64,000 nt of DNA. It comes from a virus. Its lineage: Duplodnaviria; Caudoviricetes. Location of the stretch: IMG/VR virus record IMGVR_UViG_2716884858_000003, positions 32,001 to 96,000 of that record; one strand, 5' to 3'. This document shows, in pieces, positions 8,541 through 15,915 of this stretch. A model generated the notes under the pieces. It saw only the letters and a program-made list of their open reading frames with translations, was not told where the DNA came from and searched no databases. The position numbers were made by a program, and so were the translations under genes. How positions within the stretch are numbered: position 1 is the stretch's first letter; each line of letters opens with the position of its first letter.

Positions 8541-9753
8541 CAGCGGCTCCCGCCGGCTCCAGCAGAGCCGCCAGCCGGGCGCTGAAGTCCGGATGCCACC
8601 CGACCTGCAGCTCGTCCGCGAGCATTTGGTACGACCCCTTGACGACGAACACCTCTTCACAGCCTGTGCGGATGCGAAGCCGGGCCTCCCGGTCGACCCA
8701 CCTGTAGATCAGCTTGGCCTCACGCTTCATCTCTTCTTCGGTGGCTTCATCGCCGAGATCTTCACGCATCTCGGCGAAGCGCGACTGCCACTCCTCCACG
8801 AGCCTGCGCTCATACGCGCCGATCTCGCCGGCACGTAGCAGGTTCTCGTTCGCCCAGCGGGAGCGCTGAGCGAAGGCCCTCACCCAGTCCCGAACCGCGT
8901 AGCCGATCCGCTCCGCGCCCACGTCGATCAGCCGGAGCTGATGCACGAACACCTTGTCGGCGGCATCGGCAGCGGCCGGGGCCGCAGCCGTGAGCGCGGC
9001 GATATCAGGGTCGATCGGCAGATTGTGCTCACCGATCTGATTGCGCAGATCGTTGAACAGCTCGTCGAACTCGGAGCCGGTCACCGGATCCGACCCCGGG
9101 AAGCTCATCTGGACGGACGCCCGCTCGAAGAACCAGCCCTCAAGACGCTGAAGAAAGGACTCGGCGTACCGGCGCTCGACGGCCAGGCTTGCGTAACCGA
9201 GCAGGTCCTCCCTGATGGAGTTCATCCCCGGCGCGTCACCGATGACCTCGACCCGGCTGATGAGCTCGGCCCGGCGCTGCGCCCCGAGCGCGTCGAACGC
9301 CTCGAAGGCCTTGGCCAACGTCGTACTCTTCGAGGACTGCCGTGCCTGGACGAGGAGAGCCTCGGCAGCCTGCTCGTCACGGTGCCCGCTGGCCTTGGGC
9401 TGCAGGAGGAACCCCGCGCTGTCGTCCGGCAGCTCTGCGGTGGTAATCAGGTAGAGGCTTGTCTCGGCAAGGTCGATGTGCCCCTCGGTAACGGCGTGTG
9501 ACCAGACCCTGATTGTCTTCCACAGGTCCGACGACAGGTCCGTCAGTCTCACGTTGTCTGCCCGCTTCTTCAGCTGGGTCAGCTCGGTGTGCGACCCGAT
9601 GAGGGCCTGGACATCGTCCGTTGCCTCAATCGCCACACTCCACTCGATCCCGCCCCTGGAGAGCTCCACGCACCGCTGGAGCGCCACGCGGAGTTGGTAG
9701 AGGTATCCGAGCGCTGACGCCGATGCTTCGAAGGGATTCTCCGGGCTGGTCAT
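8527..9753 (-). CDS. lmuA: ABC-3C effector (LmuA-like): Cap4/PD-(D/E)xK-type nuclease N-terminus plus C-terminal domain
   Basis: ASALGYLYQ, IEATDDV, QLK, DLWKTI; C-terminus GSYQMLADE..VGWHPDF. Confidence 0.8.
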   Translation of the reverse strand: MTSPENPFEASASALGYLYQLRVALQRCVELSRGGIEWSVAIEATDDVQALIGSHTELTQLKKRADNVRLTDLSSDLWKTIRVWSHAVTEGHIDLAETSLYLITTAELPDDSAGFLLQPKASGHRDEQAAEALLVQARQSSKSTTLAKAFEAFDALGAQRRAELISRVEVIGDAPGMNSIREDLLGYASLAVERRYAESFLQRLEGWFFERASVQMSFPGSDPVTGSEFDELFNDLRNQIGEHNLPIDPDIAALTAAAPAAADAADKVFVHQLRLIDVGAERIGYAVRDWVRAFAQRSRWANENLLRAGEIGAYERRLVEEWQSRFAEMREDLGDEATEEEMKREAKLIYRWVDREARLRIRTGCEEVFVVKGSYQMLADELQVGWHPDFSARLAALLEPAGAADGRA

Positions 9754-9845
9754 GCACCCACCGCCTCCCTCTGATTACCGAGTGCAGCGATCATTCCATG
9801 GCCGCGCCGCAGGTAAAACACGGATTGCCGAACTTGCCGAACCGT

Positions 9846-10205
9846 TACGAGTGCTGGCCAGCCGCCCGTAGTAGCGGCTTGCCCGTGGTGCTCTACCTCC
9901 CCGCCGACCGCGACGAGTTGCTGCGGCGCCTGGCCGAACGCAACGAACGCGAGGACGCCAACGCGCTGACCGTCTCCCCCGAAGCCCTGGACGACTTCTT
10001 CGCCCGCTTCGATGCCCCGGCCGACTACGAGTGCTGGCCAGCCGCCCGTAGTAGCGGCCTGCCCGTGGTGCTCTACCTCCCCGCCGACCGCGACGAGTTG
10101 CTGCGGCGCCTGGCCGAACGCAACGAACGCGAGGACGCCAACGCGCTGACCGTCTCCCCCGAAGCCCTGGACGACTTCTTCGCCCGCTTCGATGCCCCGG
10201 CCGAC
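9846..10205 (+). repeat. 180-bp tandem duplication encoding the C-terminal fragment of a P-loop kinase/AAA-like protein
   Basis: 9846-10025 and 10026-10205 differ at one base seen; peptide VLYLPADRDELLRRLAERN...FDAPAD occurs twice. Confidence 0.85.
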
Positions 10206-10533
10206 GACGAAGACGTGATCATCTAAACCGGGGACCTGGACGTCCTCGTGACGGCCTCACGGAGGCCCGGGGGCGGTAAGGCGGGGCCTCGGGGCCGGTG
10301 ACGTCAGCTGCACGACCCGTACGGGGCCGTGCTGTGCGCACCCCACATGGCTGCGCCTGCACCAAGTGCCGCGCCCAGCAACCCAATCACGGCCGTCATC
10401 CATTCGCCCATGCGGACAGAGTCTGGTCGTTTCGCTCACCCCGCTGCCACCCGGAGCGACAACCCCCAGGCGGAACTTGCACCTCCGCTTATCCTTCTCC
10501 GTCGCCCAGGACACCGACCAGGGGGATAAGCCC

Positions 10534-11283
10534 ATGTCACAGGCGACGTACGTGCGCACCGCCACGGTGCCGCTCAGGGATTTGAGCCCCTACCCGGGCA
10601 ACGCCCGCAAGGGCGACGTGCGCCTCATCCTGGACAGCCTGCGCACCAGCGGCCAGTACCGATCACTGATTGCCCGTCAACCCCCGGACGGCCGCCTGGT
10701 CGTCCTCGCCGGCAACCACACCATGTTCGCCTTGGCGCTCCACGGCCGCGGCCCGTGCCTCCAGACCATCCCCATGGCCGGCCACCCGGAGCAGCCCTGC
10801 GCCATCTGCAACGGCGCCCGTTGGGAGCCCTCCGCCCGGGTGGAGGTCGTGGAGTGCGACGACGAGACCGCGCTCCGCATCAACGTCGTGGACAACCGCG
10901 CCGCCGAGAAAGGCGCCTGGGACCTGGACGCCCTCGTCGACCTGCTCTCCTACCTGCCGGACTACGACGGCACCGGCTACAGCGACCAGGACGTGGAGCG
11001 CCTCCTCGCCCCGCCCCCGACGCTCGAGGAACTGGCCGACACCTACGCCCCGCCCGCGGACTACGGCGACGACCCGCCCGCCACCGGCCGCCTCGGCATC
11101 CCGGCCGGGGACGGCAGCGGCCTGGGCGAGGGGAGCGGCCTGTGGCCCGTGCTGCGCCTGCGCGTACGCCCGCAGGTCCGTGACGACTTCTACGCAGCCA
11201 CGGCCGGCTGCCCCACCCCAGGCGACGACGGCGCCCGCCTCGCCTGGCTGCTCGAACACACCCGAGAGGACTCCCCCCGATGA
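10534..11283 (+). CDS. ParB/Srx N-terminal-domain protein, paralog 2
   Basis: MSQATY start as in paralog 1; PYPGNARKGD, VVLAGNHT, DNRAAE. Confidence 0.85.
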   Translation: MSQATYVRTATVPLRDLSPYPGNARKGDVRLILDSLRTSGQYRSLIARQPPDGRLVVLAGNHTMFALALHGRGPCLQTIPMAGHPEQPCAICNGARWEPSARVEVVECDDETALRINVVDNRAAEKGAWDLDALVDLLSYLPDYDGTGYSDQDVERLLAPPPTLEELADTYAPPADYGDDPPATGRLGIPAGDGSGLGEGSGLWPVLRLRVRPQVRDDFYAATAGCPTPGDDGARLAWLLEHTREDSPR

Positions 11284-11999
11284 CCACCGCCACCTACCTG
11301 CGCACCGACACCATCCCGGTGGACCAGCTCACCCCGTACCCGGGCAACGCCAAGCGCGGCGACGTCCCCGCCATCCTGCGCAGCCTGCGCAAGAACGGGC
11401 AGTACCGCGGCCTGGTGGTCCGTCAGCAGCCGGACGGCACCCTGGTGGTGCTCGCCGGCAACCACACCCGCATGGCGCTCGCCGAGCACGGCCCCGGCGA
11501 CTGCGGCGTCAAGGAGTGCGGCATCTGCCGCAACAGCCCGGCCTGGACTCCGGCAGCCCGCTGCGAGGTGGTCGAGTGCGACGACGCCACCGCGCTGCGG
11601 GTCAACCTGGCGGACAACCGCACGGCCGAGCTGGGCCACACCGACTACGCGGCCCTGGCCGACCTGCTCGGCACCCTGGACGACTTCGACGGCACCGGCT
11701 ACAACGACCAGGACGTCGCCGACATCACCCAGCTGATCGCGCTCCCACAGGACGACGTCAAGGGCGACCCCCGCCCGCCGTCCGGATCCACGGCGCCCGG
11801 GGACGGCCCCGGCCCGGGCAGCCACGATGACGAGGCGAGCCCAGAGGCGTTCCTGCCCGTCATCACCCTGCGCGTCAGTCACGCCACATTCGACCGCTGG
11901 CGCGACGCCCTGGACGCCCACCCGGGAGAGGACGACGCCGCCAAGCTGCTCGGCCTGCTCGCTGAGCTGGAGGCCTACCGCGCCCGGGCGGCCGCATGA
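11280..11999 (+). CDS. ParB/Srx N-terminal-domain protein, paralog 3
   Basis: PYPGNAKRGD, VVLAGNHT, DNRTAELG; ATGA overlap. Confidence 0.85.
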   Translation: MTTATYLRTDTIPVDQLTPYPGNAKRGDVPAILRSLRKNGQYRGLVVRQQPDGTLVVLAGNHTRMALAEHGPGDCGVKECGICRNSPAWTPAARCEVVECDDATALRVNLADNRTAELGHTDYAALADLLGTLDDFDGTGYNDQDVADITQLIALPQDDVKGDPRPPSGSTAPGDGPGPGSHDDEASPEAFLPVITLRVSHATFDRWRDALDAHPGEDDAAKLLGLLAELEAYRARAAA

Positions 12000-12928
12000 C
12001 CGCCACCGCGTCCATCCCCGGCCAGCCCTTCAAGGTGCTGTGCTCCTACGCCTACTTCCGCGGCCACAACTTCGGGCCTCTGCTGGAGAGCGTCCACCAG
12101 GGCCCGGCCATGGTCTTCGGGGACTCCGGCGCCCACTCCGCCCGCACCCTGGGCATCTCCCTGACCCTGGACGGCTATGCGGCCTGGTGCCACCGCTGGG
12201 ACCAGCACCTCACCCTGTACGCCAACCTGGACGTCATCGGCGCCCCAGAGGCCACCTGGCGCAACCAGCGCGCACTGGAGGAGCAGCACGGCCTCACCCC
12301 GATCCCCGTGTTCCACACCGGTGAACCGTGGAGCTACCTGGAGCGGTACATCGACGAGGGATACACGTACATCGCCCTCGGCAAGCTCCTCGGCAACCCG
12401 CTCGATGAGCTGCTGCCCTGGCTCGACAAGGCATTCAGCATCGCCGGCGACCGGGCCGTCTTCCACGGCTTCGGCATGACCGTGTGGGACGTGGTGCGCC
12501 GGCTGCCCTTCTACAGCGTGGACTCCTCCACCTGGACCCAGCCGTACCGGTTCGGGATCGTCAAGCTCTTCGACCACCACCGCGGCCAGTGGGTCAACTT
12601 CCTCATGCGGGACAAGCAGAAGGTCCTCCAGCACCGGGACCTGCTGCGGGCCCACCACACCGACCCGCTCATCTACGCCTCCCACGGAACCTACGACCGC
12701 ACCGAGGCCACCGTCACCGCGGCCGTGGCCTGGCGCCGCGCGGAGGCATTCCTGTGCGCCCGGCACGGACCCATCGCCATGCCACCCAGCGAGCGCAACC
12801 CGATCACCCGCCACGGCGGTACGGCCACGCCCGGCCTGCACCTGTACCTGGCGGAGTCCACCACCACCAACATCTACCGGGCCAGCAAGGGCGTACGGGC
12901 CCGGGCCCACCTGGAGGCCACCCGATGA
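11996..12928 (+). CDS. dpdA: DpdA-like (TGT-fold) DNA guanine transglycosylase
   Basis: GDSGAHS, NLDVIG, PIPVFH, YIALG, FHGFG, YSVDSSTW; adjacent to queD, queE and folE. Confidence 0.8.
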   Translation: MTATASIPGQPFKVLCSYAYFRGHNFGPLLESVHQGPAMVFGDSGAHSARTLGISLTLDGYAAWCHRWDQHLTLYANLDVIGAPEATWRNQRALEEQHGLTPIPVFHTGEPWSYLERYIDEGYTYIALGKLLGNPLDELLPWLDKAFSIAGDRAVFHGFGMTVWDVVRRLPFYSVDSSTWTQPYRFGIVKLFDHHRGQWVNFLMRDKQKVLQHRDLLRAHHTDPLIYASHGTYDRTEATVTAAVAWRRAEAFLCARHGPIAMPPSERNPITRHGGTATPGLHLYLAESTTTNIYRASKGVRARAHLEATR

Positions 12929-13434
12929 GCGGCACCCCAACCCCGCAGCCCTGCGAGATCCCCCACGCGACCAGGCAGGAAGAGGAGGAATGCGAGCGGC
13001 GCCGCCTCGCCGCACCGGACACCACCACCCTCATCCGCACCGTCACGGTCGGCCCCATCGCGATCTTCTTCACCAACGTCAACCGGGCCATGGGCCTGCG
13101 CGCCCACTCCCACACCGGTGCCGTCACCGTCGTCTACGACACCATCGGCCGCCACGGCTACCCCTCCTTCGCGGAGACGAACGCCGCCCTGGAGCGCCGC
13201 ATCCACGAGCTGACCCGGGCCGTGTTCAAGGACGCCACCAACGAGGACATCGCCGACCGCCTGTTCGCCCACCTCGACGGCTACACGGCGCCGGAGTGGG
13301 AGAGCTGGGGCGGGGCCTACGACCTGCGCGGCGTCCACCTTGACGTCATCGGCGTCCGGGACGCCATCGGCCACGACACCGGCACCACCCGCTACACCGT
13401 CGCCCGCACCCACCCCCAGGAGCACCAGTCATGA
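12925..13434 (+). CDS. Divergent QueD-like T-fold protein (candidate DpdL-like)
   Basis: HxH motif (RAHSH) and ATNEDIA, similar to the QueD HGH and PTxE motifs; translationally coupled between dpdA and queD. Confidence 0.55.
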   Translation: MSGTPTPQPCEIPHATRQEEEECERRRLAAPDTTTLIRTVTVGPIAIFFTNVNRAMGLRAHSHTGAVTVVYDTIGRHGYPSFAETNAALERRIHELTRAVFKDATNEDIADRLFAHLDGYTAPEWESWGGAYDLRGVHLDVIGVRDAIGHDTGTTRYTVARTHPQEHQS

Positions 13435-13883
13435 GCCACCACGTCACGGTCCGGCACAACTTCGAGACCGCCCACCGCGTGCCGCACCTGCCCGGCAAGT
13501 GCACCAACCTGCACGGCCACTCCTGGTGGGCAGAGATCACCGTCACCGCACCAGAGCTGTCCCGCGGCGGCATGGTCGTGGAGTTCGGCGCCTTCAAGAA
13601 GCTGCTGCGCCGGTGGATCGATGACTACCTGGACCACGGCGCCATGCTCGGCGCCCAGGACGCCCTGCTGCCCATCCTGCGCGCCCACGGCTCCAAGGTG
13701 TACGAGGTGACCGGCTGGCCCACCGTGGAGGCCACGGCCGAGCTGCTCGCCCACGTCGCCGGCGACATCCTCACGGACCTGGTGCGCGCGGAGGGCGCCT
13801 ACGTCTCCCGAGTCCACGTCACCGAGACCCACGTCAACGGCGCCACCTGGACCGCGCCCGCCCCGGCCGGGGCGACCGCATGA
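13431..13883 (+). CDS. queD: 6-carboxy-5,6,7,8-tetrahydropterin synthase
   Basis: FETAHR, KCTNLHGHSW, LDH, PTVE. Confidence 0.92.
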   Translation: MSHHVTVRHNFETAHRVPHLPGKCTNLHGHSWWAEITVTAPELSRGGMVVEFGAFKKLLRRWIDDYLDHGAMLGAQDALLPILRAHGSKVYEVTGWPTVEATAELLAHVAGDILTDLVRAEGAYVSRVHVTETHVNGATWTAPAPAGATA

Positions 13884-14611
13884 CCCCCGACACCGTCACC
13901 GTCGACACCACCGACACCCTCGTCATCCGAGAAGTGTTCGGCTGCACCGTGCAAGGAGAGGGACCCTCCTGCGGGCGGCGCTGCTCGTTCATCCGCCTGG
14001 GCGGCTGCAACCTGACCTGTGGCTGGTGCGACACCCCGGAGACCTGGGACGCGGGCCGATTCGACCTGCGCCAGACCCTCACCCGCACCCCCGTCGCCGA
14101 GATCGTCACCCGCGCCCTGGAGGGCGACCCCGGCATGGTCGTCATCACCGGCGGGGAACCCCTGCTCCACCAGCGCAAGGACGGCTGGCGCTCCCTCCTC
14201 GGCGCGCTCATCCTCGCCGGCACGGAGATCGAGGTGGAGACCAACGGCACCCAGGAGCCCGAGGAGCACACCGCCCGCTGGGTGACCCGCTTCAACGTCT
14301 CGCCCAAGCTCGCCCACGCCGGCGACCCCGCGGACAAGCGCATCCGCCCCGGCGCCCTGTACGCCCTGCACGACACCCACAAAGCCGTCTTCAAGTTCGT
14401 CTGCTGCAACACCGCCGACGTCCATGAGGTACAGGCGTTCACCGCCGCCCACGGCATCCCGCCCGGCCTGGTGTGGGTGATGCCCGAGGGCACCGACACC
14501 GCCACCATCTCCACCCGCCTGGGGGAGATCGCCGACCCGGCCATCGCCGCCGGATTCAACCTGAGCACCCGCCTGCATGTACATGCCTGGGGCGACGAGA
14601 AAGGCCGATAG
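13880..14611 (+). CDS. queE: 7-carboxy-7-deazaguanine synthase (radical SAM)
   Basis: QGEG, FIRLGGCNLTCGWCDT, ITGGEPLL, VETNGT, VSPK, RLH. Confidence 0.93.
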   Translation: MTPDTVTVDTTDTLVIREVFGCTVQGEGPSCGRRCSFIRLGGCNLTCGWCDTPETWDAGRFDLRQTLTRTPVAEIVTRALEGDPGMVVITGGEPLLHQRKDGWRSLLGALILAGTEIEVETNGTQEPEEHTARWVTRFNVSPKLAHAGDPADKRIRPGALYALHDTHKAVFKFVCCNTADVHEVQAFTAAHGIPPGLVWVMPEGTDTATISTRLGEIADPAIAAGFNLSTRLHVHAWGDEKGR

Positions 14612-14615
14612 ACCC

Positions 14616-15287
14616 ATGACCACCACCGAGCCCAAGGGCCTGCGGATCGCCCCCGGCGCCCTCACCCCCAAGCCCTCCCGCTCCATCACCGTCCCGGCCC
14701 CCGCCTACCCGGGCGACCCGCTGCCCGGCGCCGTGGCGCTCCAGGCCGGCGTACGGGCCTGGCTGGAGGCCCGCGGCCTGGACGCGGACGCCCCGGACCT
14801 GGTGGACACCCCCGCCCGCGTGCTCCGGGCCCTCAACGAGATGACCGCCGGCTACGACGAGGACCCCGCCCAGCACCTCGCCCGGACGTTCCCGGCCCAG
14901 CACGCCGGGACGCCGATCGTCGTCACCGGCGTGCCGTTCACGTCGCTCTGCGCCCACCACCTGCTCCCGTTCACCGGGCACGCCGATATCGCCTACCAGC
15001 CCCGCTTGGGCGACCCCGTGGCCGGACTGTCCAAGCTCCCCCGCGTCCTGGACGTGTACGCCCGCCGCCTCCAGACCCAGGAAGACCTCACCCGCCAGGT
15101 GACCGCCGCCCTGGACGAGCACCTGGCTCCCCTCGGCGCCGCGTGCGTCATCCGCTCCGAACACGGCTGCCTCGCCCACCGAGGGGCCCGCAAGCCCGGC
15201 GCCGTCATGGTCACCGCCTCCTACACCGGGTGCTTCGACGCCGACGTGTACCGGCGGGAGGAGCTGCACCGCCTCATGTCCGGCTGA
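14616..15287 (+). CDS. folE: GTP cyclohydrolase I
   Basis: DTPARV, SLCAHHLLPF, GLSKLPR, ARRLQTQE, HGCLAHRG. Confidence 0.93.
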   Translation: MTTTEPKGLRIAPGALTPKPSRSITVPAPAYPGDPLPGAVALQAGVRAWLEARGLDADAPDLVDTPARVLRALNEMTAGYDEDPAQHLARTFPAQHAGTPIVVTGVPFTSLCAHHLLPFTGHADIAYQPRLGDPVAGLSKLPRVLDVYARRLQTQEDLTRQVTAALDEHLAPLGAACVIRSEHGCLAHRGARKPGAVMVTASYTGCFDADVYRREELHRLMSG

Positions 15288-15334
15288 CCCCCCGATATGC
15301 GAACCAATAGGCACATGCGAACGGAGGGCACCCG

Positions 15335-15784
15335 ATGAGCGCCAGCAGGGCCAAGCGCGCCCAGGTCGCGGAGCGCCGCGCCAAGGCCATCGCCATGGTG
15401 CTGGCCGGAGTCGATTACGAGACGATCGCCGACCGGCTCGGCTACGCGAGCAGAGGCGCCGCGCACACCGACGTGGACCGCGCCCTGGCCGCGAACCTCA
15501 CCGACCTGGAGACCTCGGCGGGCAGCCTGCGGGAGGTCCAGTTCATGCGCTACCAGCGGCTGCTGGCCGCCGTGTGGCCCAAGGCCCTCAAGGGCGACCT
15601 GAAAGCGGTGGAGGGAGCGGCGCGGCTGGTCGACCGCATCGTGAAGCTTTGGGGCCTGGCCGAGCCGGAGCGGCTGGACCTCAACGTGGACGCCCAGAGC
15701 CTGGGGGACGAGATCCTGGCGCTCCTGCGCGAGCAGACCAGCGACGGCGACGAGGGCGACGAGGATGCGTCTGACCTGCCGTAA
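15335..15784 (+). CDS. Probable terminase small subunit (HTH)
   Basis: AGVDYETIADRLGY HTH; directly upstream of terL. Confidence 0.7.
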   Translation: MSASRAKRAQVAERRAKAIAMVLAGVDYETIADRLGYASRGAAHTDVDRALAANLTDLETSAGSLREVQFMRYQRLLAAVWPKALKGDLKAVEGAARLVDRIVKLWGLAEPERLDLNVDAQSLGDEILALLREQTSDGDEGDEDASDLP

Positions 15785-15915
15785 CGACCCTGTACCAGGG
15801 CACCGTTGGCGTGATCTTGGAGGCCGCTGCGCCCCTACCATTTCAGGCGAAAGCCCCGTAGCGGCGGCCACCGCCACGGGGCACTGCCAGACCTGAAGAC
15901 ACGTGAGGTCCGACG

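Noticed and set aside
4795-11999. Plasmid partition (parABS) locus
   Set aside because: No ParA and no clear ParB HTH; the context is base modification
11996-15287. Host tRNA queuosine operon or toyocamycin-type antibiotic cluster
   Set aside because: No queC, queF or queA and no nucleoside-tailoring genes; the TGT-like protein lacks the tRNA-TGT Zn site and sits beside a terminase
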